From the NCBI GenBank assembly GCA_965178125.1, contig OZ237735.1, forward strand, positions 930,001 to 994,000: a stretch of DNA of 64,000 bases. Direction: 5' to 3'. A program made the position numbers and the translations under genes. Origin of the DNA: Bilabrum cf. latius (Eukaryota). The notes under the pieces are model-generated. The model was not told the DNA's origin, searched no databases, and saw only the letters and a list, made by a program, of their open reading frames with translations. Shown here in pieces: positions 52,527-64,000 of the stretch (positions are counted from its first letter, which is position 1; every line of letters begins with the position of its first letter).

Positions 52527-55500
52527 ATGTCACTGCTAGCTGCCTCCTCTAGGGGATCACTGGCTCTCGATCGGTCCAGACGGGTGAGAATAGTCGTCGT
52601 GCAACGGCTACCGCACCAGCACCATTCCTGTACGCACAAGGGCTGCGGTCCAACATTTTTGATCCCGCAGGGCTTAGATTCTATTGATAGGATTGCTGAC
52701 TATATCACCTCGGCGAACTTTAGCTTCAACAAGCTCCAGCAGCTCCCAGTAGGACTCTAGGACTGTGGCAGCCTTGAGCGTCTAAATGTGTCCCACAACC
52801 GACTCAAGTCTCTTCTTGCTGACAATTCCCCGGTTTTGACGTATTTACCGCGGCTTCGCCACCTCGATGTGTCTGGCAATCCCTCGTTGACTGGATTCCG
52901 GCTTCTTGCGGGCCTAACTCGTTCGGGTGGAAGCGCTGGAGCTCTGGAAGAGTTGTGGTGCGCTAGATGCGGCATTGGTCAAGAACCAGATGTTCACCGT
53001 AGTATTTCACATCTCTTGAAGTCCCTCTCGGCTCTGTCTGTTCTAGTTGTCGCTGACAACCCCGCGACAAGCTCAAGCCGAGCAGCTGCAGTCGATACAG
53101 CCTCAGTCATACTCTGCTCTGCTCCACAAATCCGAAAGCTGTGCGTAAGCTTTAGCGTACCTGGTACAAGCATACCTTTGGGCTCGAGTGCGGTAGCCGA
53201 TGCGACCAGAGTAGGCAAGCGTGAACCTGCAGCAGCAGCCGATGGCTGGATCAGCTCTGGCTTGGTCACAGTGACCGCTCGAATGCTATCTGCAGCCAAG
53301 GAACATCATGCACGTTTGATTGATAGCTCTGCACCAGATGGTACTGTACGAAGTGGGCTAAAGAAGCCGAGGAGTCGGTCCACTGTGCCATCAGTGTCGT
53401 CGAACCGAGCACCAGGTGCGTCTGCCGGCCAGAAGCAACAGGCCGAGCGGCAGGGTATAGTCTCACATTCCGGGCCAAAGACCACCCATGGACGGAAGCG
53501 AGAAGCAATATTGTAGCTCTCTGCGGCCGCAGTGGGGCAGTCGCCCGGCAGTGGACTACCACCCGCACACTCCGGGGGCTTGCCCGCAGCAGCAGAGTCC
53601 GCCCGGGTGGATGGTACGGAGCAAAGTGCAGGCAGAGATGATGCCCACGGGCCAGCCGGTGCCGAGATGCCAGCGCTAGCGATAGGTTATCAATCTTCAT
53701 CGACGGTGCGACCTTATCCCAAGCACCGGTACCGACCAGCTTCCACCGCAGAAGCGGTTCGAGTCGCCGCTAAGCAGACATTGCGAGAACTGAGCGCTGA
53801 TTCGAGCGCACCGGGCGCGGCACCCGGCAGCGAGATGGAGTCAGATGGCCGCCGATCCTTGGGCATACTTGGTTCGGTTGAGGCGGCACTAGCAGGCGGC
53901 TCATCCGCCGCAAAGCAATACAATGCGCGCCGCGCAAGGGCTGCCGCTGGACCCGCTCGGGCCCGCCGAGGCCCCAAGTCCGACTGCCTCGCACTTGCCA
54001 TTGCTGAGCTGGCCAAGCTGCAGCCACCCCCGCTGCCAAATGCATCAATGCCAGTCTCAGCTCCTAGCAAGCCAGCCAAACTGGTTCGGTTCGATGTTGC
54101 TGACTCAGAAGGATTCCGCGTAGCGACAGCAGGCGAAGACGGCACCATTCGGGCATTCGTGGAGGCAGCCACTGGACCCCATCTTGCCGGCAAATCCACG
54201 CACCATCGATCACCAGCCCCCGCGTCTCGAGAGATACAGTGTGTATCGGCAGAAATTGACCGCCAGCTGTCAGTGGCAGCCCACAAATCCGGTCTGATAT
54301 CAGATGTGGGCTCTCAGGGCCTCCGGCAGCTCAGCGCATCCGTGCCCTGGCCTGGAACTGCTTGTACCCCTGGAGTGGTGATGCAAAGGTACTTGCAGGC
54401 AGTCGGCGCGCTGCGGACTTCCAGGGCGGGAATAGCCTTGCGATGGACGGCCTCAGCACCCGGACGGCCGGCAATCGTGGCGCGGTTCTCCGGCCTGGGG
54501 CGTGGGTCAGTGGATGATCCCAGGTCTGGCTCATTGCTACTTCGCTCAGACGGTAGCGGTCAAGGCGAAGAGTTCTCAGTTGCTGGTACGAAGGCTTGTC
54601 GTGTCTGCCGGTGGGAACGAGGGGCTAAGGAACCTCAAGCATGCGTCGCAAGCCTACCGGGAGTACTATCTGGTAGCAGAAGGATGTTCTTGCTCAGCCC
54701 GGAGCTCGTCATGATGCACGACACCAGATCCTCCATTACAAGCGCATTTGTGTTTGGGTGGACGCGGGCACCGGCGCAGAGCTCCAGTGATGGCGCACAA
54801 AGCGATGACTGCGATCCTGTCCGGGAGAAGGGGCACGTGCACGCAGATATTGCACCTCTAGTTAGCAGCTGTGTGCGTGTAACGTCTGGATGGCAGGGCT
54901 GGAGTGCCGATTAGATCAAACTCAGCCCTGGCGAGGCTTCTGCCGTGTTTGTGGACGCGTGGGTGCAAAGCGTTGCGAGGCGACAGGCTGCGGCACAGGG
55001 AGCGCGACCCGCGAAGCTGGACCAGAGGCGTTCATCGGCTCGTAGTCTCAGTCCAATCTCTGTTCCAGGCAAGCGTCCAGTGAATGAACCGTTGCAGACA
55101 CGCGGCGAATAGCCGGTACGAAGACGTCGCGCTCAAGATTCGGGACCTGCTGCAGCAGCATCCCGCATTCGAGCGTATCGTAAAAAGCAAACGAGTATCG
55201 AGAAGCCGCCCCCGCGGAAAGGCCTTGCGTTTGGGCGGGCTGCAGAGGGGACACAAGGAGTGGCACCGTCTCGCAGACCAGCGGGCAGTGGCAGCCGGAG
55301 CGGGACTCGAGTGGCTGCCCGCACTTTTGGGGCGCGATCCCGGTAGGCTGCGCCGCACGGAAATCGTGCACCGCGAACCAGCAAGTCTCCCGGTCATTCT
55401 CAGGCAGCGGCCCCGGTGGGATCAACCTCGGCTGACGACGACATGGAACAGCTAGCTCGTATTCGTGGTGCTGTGCAGGGGTTGTTGAGCGGCCTGGGCT

Positions 55501-55664
55501 TGGGCCATGAGCAGCAAGCGAATCGTGATTCAGAGACTGCAGCTCCGATCAGTGGCTTTGGCTCAGACGGCTCTGCTTCACGGGTAGCATCAAAGGGGGC
55601 TGCAGGCGGTGCTGCGGCTGCTGCATTAGCCAAAGCAAAAGCACTTCTAGCGCGAGACTCATGA
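52527..55664 (+). CDS. N-terminal leucine-rich-repeat protein (~1,015 aa); probable 87-nt intron at 52584..52670
   Basis: ANFSFNKLQQLPVGL*DCGSLERLNVSHNRLKSL, LRHLDVSGNP, LEELWCARCGI, LSVLVVADNP. One frame with TAGs at 52758, 53514, 54912, 55110 and 55344, ending in TGA. Removing the GTGAGA..CCGCAG intron gives LDRSRRGLDSI. Confidence 0.8.
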
Positions 55665-55864
55665 GCTGGTTGATTTCATAATATTGCCTTTCTTGTCACC
55701 TTGAATTATTCGCAAAGACTCTGCCAAATCCATGAGTGTGTAAGCTTTCTTAAATAATATAGCAAGTATTGGACGTGTGTGGCAGGCACCCAAACACTGC
55801 ATCTGATGCAATCCAACCACAAGCGGACCACTCGCAGTGACACGGCGGATCATAACAGTAGCAA

Positions 55865-57404
55865 TCAGAACAGCGCCGTGTCATCATCACTGGCCGACGG
55901 AGCCGAGCCAAGCAGCAGTCCCTTCGGTAGCTTGACGCTAGGCTTCGGACTCGCCGCTTGCTCAAAAATGCCGCTCTGCTTCCTGTGGGCACCATCACCC
56001 GGGGCCGATCCCTCGCCGTCAGGGGCCGCCCGAATGCTGTTCTCTTCGCGCTCAGCCTCAAGGCGCTTGGCCTCCGCCTCAGCCTCGGCCTGAGCATCCG
56101 CAGCGCTAGCCTGCGCAAGAGTTGGCAAGACAGGGGCGGACGGCCGGAACAGCTGCTGCTGCAGGGTCACAGCAGCAGAGGCAGTCGCGCCGGTGGCCGC
56201 TCCGGCGGCACCACCAGCAGCCGCCCCAGAACCCGGCATGTCTGCGGCAGCACCGTCTTCGATAGCGAGCACGCGATCTTGCTGCCCCTCGTAGTCGGGA
56301 TCCATGGGCTTTTTCCGCCAGAGCTCCACCTCGTGCTGCTTAAAGTACCTGCGGTCGCCTTCGTCCACCAGCACCAGGTTCAGGAAGTAGCGGACCGAGT
56401 ACCGGTTTGTCTGGTCGTCGATAGTCGGAGTCAGGTTGTAAGCATCGAGGTACAGGCGAATAGGGATCTGCTCGTTCTTCACAGGGGATCCATCCATGAC
56501 CTCGAACTTGGCCAGCGTCTCAGACTCGTTGTACACTGTGCGGTCCACCTCGCACTGCTCCCTCCGGATGATGGCGATCTCGGCGTACTTGAGGCGCAGC
56601 CGAACCAGCAAGAAATACAAGTTGCCCATCACGACGTCCTACAGATGGTAGCGGTGCTTGTCGTACTCGAACTCGATGTGCAGGTACTCCTCGATGCCGA
56701 CCTCCATCCTGATCTTGGAAGGCTCCTCCTTGCCGGGAGCTCCGAAGCGAGACTGAATGAAATGCAGCTGCTTTTCGTGCTTTGAAGGAGAAAACCCCGT
56801 GCTTTCGGTTCTGACTCTGAGGTAGTACCTGCACCGAACGTTGATCCCATTGTAGGACTCGTGCGGGCGCTGCACTTCTTCGCCGAACTTTACCTTGAAC
56901 TTGTGGTCCTCACCGCCCCTCAACGTCCCTCCAGACGCAAGTTGTAACACACCCCGTGTGAATTCTTGGGCCTAGGCTCTGTCATAATACTTTTCTGCGA
57001 CTCGACAAAGGGGCACATGGGAAGAAGGCACGAAGCTCATAGGTGCACGGCACCCTTGAGTTACGCTCGGCAGTTGTTTCCAATACTCTCACCAACTACA
57101 CCAATCAGCTCGCATGTAATCCCTGTGTGTTCGAGCGTCTGTGACGCGGGCAATCTCAGGGTGACATCGGCTTCGATCGGTTCGTCGTTGTGAAACACGC
57201 AGCACTCAACCTTGCCGCCTTCGTCTCCCAGATCAAAGCTTCGTTTCTCTCTGATCGACTCATCAATGAACTTCATGGTAATGAGAACCTCTGTACCACC
57301 GAACAGAAACGCCTGGGATACGATGAGAGGAAGGGTTGCAGCAACCACGAATCGAGCAAGGGTTTCTGTTCGATTACATCATTAAAGGACCGGAATCTTA
57401 CCAT
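55865..57404 (-). CDS. VPS26: Retromer subunit VPS26; join(57404..57402, 57312..57093, 56994..55865)
   Basis: LEHTGI, HESYNGINVRCRYYLRV, IRMEVGIEEYLHIEFEYDKHRYHL*DVVMGNLYFLLVR, ESETLAKFEVMDGSPVKNEQIPIRLYL and YSVRYFLNLVLVDEGDRRYFKQHEVELWR are hallmark VPS26 motifs. In-frame TAGs at 56974..56972 and 56641..56639; ends in TGA. Exon 1 is only ATG followed by GTAAG. Confidence 0.95.
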
Positions 57405-57665
57405 CTCGATGAAAACGTAATAGATAGATAAGTGAAATCTTGACCGCAATACTGCTCAACCGCTGTGTAGCGAAGCTGGCAGTGCTAAAGGTCGCCGCAG
57501 CGCAGTTTTGCTAAAACCGCTCGTCACATGCCGAACGCCTCGCCGGCGGGCGCTAAACCTCGCTGCAGAGTTACAAAATGCTGCCTGGTCGACAATGTAT
57601 GTTTTTTTAAGATAACATTGTATGTGGTGGCCGCGGCTCGCACCGGAGAGTGGGTTTTTCTAGGT
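57405..57665. promoter_or_regulatory. Divergent intergenic region (putative bidirectional promoter) between VPS26 and the GT41 gene
   Basis: Head-to-head genes 261 bp apart. Confidence 0.4.
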
Positions 57666-60600
57666 ATGAAGGCATTCTGTTGTACGGTTCTACTCGTGTG
57701 TGTGTTTCCCAGTGTTCGCACTGAAGCTGGATTAGATTGGCTCGCGAAGCTCGAGGGCAACTTAGCCACCAATAGAGTATCTGCTGACCACGCAATCAGG
57801 ATTCTGCAGGAGCTGGGGCAGCCTGCAACGGCATGCACAGCCAGTTTGGATCTGCTCGGGAGAATGCTACTGAGGAAGAACATGCACCTCGAGGCATCCA
57901 AAGCGGCAGCGCTTGCAATCGATCATGGTAACTGCAGCAAGAATTGGTGTCCTGGCGACCCAACGAGCATTGCTGAGACGCACTGCGATTCATGCCGGTG
58001 CGGTCCAGCCTATTCGAGCCCTGCGATACTGGCTTCTTCGCTGCGTACGATCGGTTTATCGCTGATTTTCGATTCTAAATCAATAATGATGCAGTTTGGC
58101 ACGTGGGGAACTGCGGCGTCTTGCTTAATTCGGCAATGTCCTATGACATCACGGCTGGAGCGCATGGTGTAGACAGCTGGACTCCTCATTGCAACAGGCA
58201 CGCAGCGAGAAAAAGATTCGCTAGCTCTTGATTTGTATGTGTTTGCCTCTCAAGCAGTGCTCCAGTCGGTGGGCGCTCGAGGGCCGTCCGTTTGGACCTG
58301 CGTGGAAGCCCTGGACCTGCTGGACGCATTCCGGGCCGGGCTGCTGCAGTCTGAGCATCTGCGAGGCCGAGAGGCGAGCCAAATGCATTCATTATTCTGG
58401 AAGGTAGCAGCAGCGTGTCAGTCTAGTATTGATGCCCATTGCACGGGTCGCTCAAGCGTCTAGTAGACTAGTCGGGTTGGGCGGGCACTACACAATCGCA
58501 CGGCTCAGGATTCGCGCTCTGCATGGCTCGCTCGAATCCGAGAGGATCTGGCCGATTCCATCCAGGCAAGTCTAGAGCGCTTGGGTGCCTCGTTGCAAGA
58601 CCCTGCTACAATGCTTGCCGCTGCCAGCAAGTCTGAGCTGCCTGGGTGGAAGCCCTATTCCCTCGAGTCGAGGCAACACCACGCAGCCGGAGGGTTCGGC
58701 GACGAGGAGGTGGAGCCGGACGAATACGCTGCAGTCTACGGATACCAGGCGAGCGGGTGGAAGCGGTGCTGGATTGGAATGGCACAGGCGTCGCTTTCGC
58801 TCTTCAAGATGGGCAGGTGGGCAGATGCCGAAGGGGGTGGCAGCGATGCTCAACACCTTTACGCAGCTGCAGCGATTGCATGGCCTAGGGCCTCGGAGCC
58901 CTGGATCAACCTCGCGGCGCTGTACCAGCGATTCAACATTCTCTACCCTGCAAGGCGCATATACATCGGTTTGCTATCGTCCGCATGTGTTGGCAAAGCC
59001 AGCGCCAGCTCGTTCTCTCCTGCACGGTCTGGTCGACCAATCAACAGCGGCACAGCTGGCTTGGAGCCTTGGAAGCCATTCGGTATAGCGTGTCAAGCAG
59101 AATTACTGTCCCAGGTAATTGGTAAACAGGGTATGTGTCGGGTTATCGTCGGTTAGCAGACGTGCGACTTGTCGATTTCAACGCGTGTAGATGCGCCTCT
59201 GGTGGAGTCAGCTGTTCCAGCCGAGGACAAAGTCTATGGGAAGTGCATTTGCATGCAGGCTGAGCGGGCCGCGGACGTGCTGCTCAATCTTGCGACCATG
59301 GCAGAGGTCTCGGACAACTTTGCGGGCGATTCGAGCTGGCTTGCAGCTGCGGGCTCGGCCATCATTCAGGGGCGGAGGACGTGTGGTAGCGCGTCTCCGG
59401 CAGCGTCTTTCCGCAAGACTGATGCATTGGACTTTGTAGCCAGTGAGCACCGACGTCGTTTGTTCAAAGGAGACCTTAGAGGACGATCCGCGCTAGAGGT
59501 TGCGCTGCGCCGCGATGCTCGCGATGCGTGCCAGGGCACAGGTGGCGCAACCGCAACGGAATCACACCTGACGGCATTCAGCAGCGTTGGCATGCGGGGT
59601 GTGCAGCTTGATGTTCGTCGCTGCATTGCATCACGAGAATCTCGCAGGAAGTCGACCAGTGCAATGCACAATCACAGCGGGTACCAAGCTAGGGTGTTGT
59701 AGGCAGCACCTTCCCGGCGCTTGCGGATGCCTCTGCACGTGGCATACCTATCGTGGGACTTCAGGGACCACCCTACTGCGCACATGATAGAAGGTGCCGT
59801 GCAAGGTCATGCGAGCCGAGGTCTTGCTGGCACTGAGGCAGTAAGGCCCATTCTGGTCCAATACGGACCTATGGATGGCAGCAGTACCGCGAAACGACTT
59901 CAGATGATTTCAGAGTCGAATGGAGAATGGCTGGATGCCACTGAGCTATCAGATGAGGAAGTGATTGAGAGTCTCGACAAGTTGGGCGTGCACGTTGCGA
60001 TTGACTTGCAGGGGCCAACCTTTGGGCAAAGGCAATCGCTGTTCGCGCGCAGGATTGCAGCGGTGCAGGCAGTATATCTCATTTTCCCTGGAACTACTGG
60101 ATTAGATCAGATTGATTTCCATCTTGTAGACAAAACCGTGGTGCATGCCGAGCGCGACACGCCACATTATCTTGAGAAGATGGTATACTTGCCCCGGACC
60201 TATCAGATCAACCACTTCGTCCTCGGAGAGAGGCAGCAGCGCATGCCAGACACCGAGAGCCCAAAGTGTCGGGTCAGCGAGACAGGCAGCGTACCCGAAG
60301 GTGTGCTTGATTGGGTCCGAGCGTGCAAACGACGCGGGGCACCAGCTGAAGGCTGTGGCACAGAAGCCGGCTTGATCGAACGTGTACAAAGCAAGCACGG
60401 GTTCGGTGTTGCCGCAGCTTCCTCGCGGTATATTGACAACCATGCGCACGACTTGCTCGAGTTCTTGCTTGAGCGAGTCTGTACTCAAGCACGGAGCCGT
60501 CAGCGAGGTCGACCGTGGCGACTGGGGATGGTGCGCCTTGCACGCAAGGTTGACGAGATGAGGCGCAAGGAAGGACTGCCAGCTTCCGACAGGGTGGTGT

Positions 60601-61511
60601 TCGTGAACTTTAACAAGGTTACCAAGATCGGCCCTGGCACTGTGGAGCTGCTCGCTGGGTTGCTCCGGGTCACACCAGGAAGCGTTGCGTGGCTCCTGTC
60701 CTCCAAGCAGCAAGGGTACGAGGCGAGCATCCGACTGGAGTTTGCCGCCAGGGGCGTCAGTCCCCATCGGCTTGTCATTGCTTAGAGGCAAGCAAAACAG
60801 GAGCATTTAGTCCGGCTAGGGCTCGCAGATGTATTTGTTGATAGCGTGGATGGGTACGGTGCGCACTCCACAGCAGCGGATGCGTTGGCGGCTGGTGTGC
60901 CACTCGTCACATACAACGGAGGTTCTTTCCCCGAACGAGTTGGTTGCTCCATTCTCAAGTCATATTTTCGATTGAAGCGCTCCCACCGACACGAAAAGTC
61001 GAGGACGCTGCCTTTGGTTGGGTGCACCGCTGGACTTCGGGAGATGCACGCGGTGGCGGCCCGACTTGTGGTAGGACGCAGACCTCCTCCTACAGACCAT
61101 TCAACAGGAGTAGCCCTGCCAGTTGCCCCGCTGCGTGCCGCAGCCTCTGTCTCATTGGCCATGCACCTGCGAGCAGTGTCTTTGGTGACCCTGAGCGAGC
61201 AGCTTGGGCTGGTAGCACCAGGCGTAGCGGCTTCTGAGCTGAAACCAAACTATCTGGGGCACCTGTGCGCCTCAAGTTGCAACATTGCGACGGATTCAAG
61301 CACCGACGGGAGTTTAGTCGCGGAAAGTAGCCCTGGGCTCAATGAAATGGACAGCCGGGCTGGCATGCTGCAGTGGACACGCAGGTCCGTCGACCTGGAA
61401 CGGGCCTACCATGCGATGTGGGAACTGCACCAGCTGTCAGATGAGCCAGGGGAGGAACGGCAAGGTAGTTCCATGAAGCGCATGCACATTATTTTGGGCT
61501 TGACCGCGTAA
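57666..61511 (+). CDS. OGT-like glycosyltransferase family 41 protein (1,281 aa) with TPR-like helical segments and a possible signal peptide
   Basis: LHVAYLSWDFRDHPTAHM, VAIDLQGPT, LEKMVYLPRTYQINH, FVNFNKVTKI and EHLVRLGLADVFVDS..YGAHSTAADALAAGVPLVT..G.SFPERVG match the OGT catalytic lobes. Six pieces in one frame are joined by TAGs at 58170, 58461, 58464, 59154, 59700 and 60783; ends in TAA. Confidence 0.85.
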
Positions 61512-61673
61512 ACGGCCCCTCTCCAGAAGAGTGCGGGGCTGCCCTCATCACATGCTGTGTTCCCGTGTGCGGGGGAGAAAGATGGGCATTCAACACAGCG
61601 AATAATGAGAGGATTCGCACGCCGATGGTATCAATTTAATGCAAATCTATTTCTTAATAGCGCGTGTCTTCGC

Positions 61674-64000
61674 ATGAGCCGCACAACCACAATGATTGGG
61701 CTCAGAGGTACGCCGAGCACTAGCCGGCTACAGAGCATTTTACGTGCAGCCCAGCACTATCCTTTGTCATATCGCTCTGCTTCTCAGACCACTCATTAGT
61801 TTAGAGGTATCCCTAGCATGAGCAGAGTATTGTCTGTTGGAAGGGAGATGTGCTTGCAGCATCTTCAATCGTCAAAAAGCAACTAGCAGCGGATCAAATA
61901 GAACTTGGAGCAAACTGTGTCATCGCTGCTGCATGAGATGAGAAGGCGACTACTCGAGAAGTCGGATGGTGGTCGGGAAGCGAAGCCTCGGCTCCAACAC
62001 ATCGTGGCTGTCCTTGACATGGCGACAACGATTGCAAACGACGCAGGTCTGGGTTCTCTGCTGACCGAAGACTCATCTGCAGTAGCCATCGATGCGCTAT
62101 GCTTGGAGGGATCTCCTAGGGGAGAACACATTGCAACCAATGTTTTGTTCTAGTTTTTTCCAGAGCCACCATCGCATCAGCTGCCCGAAGAGGATCTTGC
62201 AGCTCTTGCTGTTCGAGTTGCTGCTGGCCTGCGATTAGCTCTCAACACGGCATTTCGCCTGAAACAGTTAGAATCTTTTGGTCAACCTGGTCATATATTT
62301 GAGGTGGACCCCACTGAAGCCCTGCAAGGACCCATGGGGGGCTTCGGGCCGTGGAGAAACGGGGCGTACTTTGACGCCATTCGTCTGTCTCCCAGCGGTG
62401 GCACCCGTGTCTGGACTCGCTGGTGCAGCGCCACAGAAACTTCCATCGTAGCAGCACGGACAAAACAGCACATGGACGGTTCTCGGGACGGCTCACCTGA
62501 CTTTGCTACGGTGGGCACACGGACAGCGGATGTGACAAGTTCAGGACGGGTATCGCGTGCAGCTGGTGCCAAACCAAGGCTATCAGCTGGTCTGCAGGCT
62601 GCTATTGGGGTGGGTCCATTGAACTTAGTTGGGGGTTCGCTAGGGGTGTCAATAGAGCTCATTCAAAAGCAAAGGAGGCGCCAGAGCGTAACTGAGCGAG
62701 CGAAGCGGCTGTTAGACAGCGACGACAAGCTCGTTGGAGACTCGCGAAGGTCGCAGGAGCGCATGATCGATGCAAGGCGGAGAGTTGTAAATTCGGGCGA
62801 CCTTCGCTCCGCGCTTGCGCTGCTTGCCTTGGAGCTGCACTGGGCGTTTGCAGTTGCTGCTGGATTTGCTGAGCAAGGCGGTCGCTCCGAGGAGGCCGCC
62901 TCCTTGCAGAGCCTCGCGAGAAGGAGCCGCAACCTGGGCGCGCATGATTCGTCCAAGAGCGGCAAAGTTGCTTCAAAAGTCACAAACGACGACATTCTTT
63001 GGGAATCTATGGGTGATGGGTCCCCAGATGCCCCGGCTATTCACTGGTCGTCAATCTTGCAAAGCATCGATCGATCCGTTCCAAGTGACCATGCACAGAC
63101 CGCTCATGTAGAACCGCTGGAGCGTGCAGAGGCACTTAGCATAGCTGAAACTGCCGTGGCGGTGCTTCGTGTCCTCCAGGAGGACACTGCAGCCGAAGGA
63201 GTCATCAACATGGAGCTTCGCAGGACCAACTCTTTGACCCCAAAGCTCGCTAGCGAACTCGTGCACGTGCTTGTGCACAAGAATGATGCCGAGTAGGCAT
63301 CCGCAGTTGTCGACTGGCTTGCCCGCAGTGGCGCACTTTTGCACCCTCATGCTCTGGTTTAGATCATGCGGTCCCTTTGCAAAGATCATAGCTACCAGAG
63401 AGCTGTTCAGATTGGTCTGGTGGCTCTCCGACTGCTGCACTCTGACGAGAGTGGGCTCCGTGTGTACGAGAACAGGATTGCATCTGAGATCTTAAATTCA
63501 TTGATTCGAAAGATGCAACGTGACCACTTGGCTTGGATCCGAGGAATTGGACCTAGCACTGGGCTTTATTCGGCCGTTGTATCCGGGCACGTTGTGCGTG
63601 GAAGCGAACAAGTCGAGTAGGATGATACAGAAGATGAGGACGGCCATAGTGGTAGCAGGACAGAAGAAGATGTGCCACAGTCGCTAGTTCTTTCTGGTTT
63701 TGGTGCTGACAGTATCCGAAGAAATACGAGCTTGCGACGGCTTCCCCGAGCAGGCGAAGTTACGTGCGACGCACGATCGCTGTCGGTTGTTGAAGAGGCG
63801 GCATTTGAGATCATACGAAAAACGGCCCTCAACGACATGTTGTCTAGTGACGTCTTCTTTGCAGCCGTGATGAAGTTCTTTGTGGGCATATCGAGGCCCT
63901 CGCTCGCATTGGCTGCGTTCGAGCAGTCGCTGTGCAGCACTGAGCCGCCGTCCACTTCGATGGTGCAAGCCTTGGCTCTCGCGTCGTCTGCGTGTGGAGT
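61674..64000 (+). CDS. Hypothetical helical-repeat (PPR-like) protein, possibly organelle-targeted; runs off the right edge
   Basis: One frame is open to the window end if TAG is sense (61797, 61884, 61899, 62151, 63294, 63360, 63618). The N-terminus is Arg/Ser-rich with no acidic residues. PPR-like segments: IMRSLCKDHSYQRAVQIG, LYSAVVSGHV, FAAVMKFFVGISRPSLALAAFEQ. The product call is tentative. Confidence 0.6.

Noticed and set aside
33165-63620. TAGs hidden in tiny introns, pyrrolysine, or programmed readthrough
   Set aside because: No consistent splice signals or shared context surround the TAGs, motif spacing is preserved with TAG as one residue, and they are too frequent (including a tandem pair). 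No pyl genes are visible.
1-64000. Specific organism assignment (e.g. a bicosoecid or other stramenopile flagellate)
   Set aside because: Composition and gene style are only suggestive; no marker in the window lets me establish taxonomy without a search.

Overview
Eukaryotic (protist-like) nuclear DNA: it has GT-AG introns and a VPS26 gene. The genetic code looks non-standard. TAG occurs in frame 54 times across all six genes (hand count) and is best read as Gln. In-frame TAA/TGA occur only at gene ends, so the supplied standard-code ORF track fragments every gene. Positions 50083 to <1 on the minus strand are one giant gene (at least 16,500 codons, running off the window). It encodes a signal peptide, two PSI-like Cys modules, about 1,000 Gly/Ser-rich ~15-aa beta-coil-like repeats, and an internal MYRF/phage-tailspike-type self-cleaving chaperone (Peptidase S74; PS-DRRIK). 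Its last 32.7 kb in the window is a near-identical 600-bp (200-aa, 13-coil) tandem array whose indels are all whole coils. To the right lie an ankyrin-repeat gene, an LRR gene, VPS26, an OGT-like GT41 glycosyltransferase with a possible signal peptide, and a PPR-like gene that runs off the right edge.
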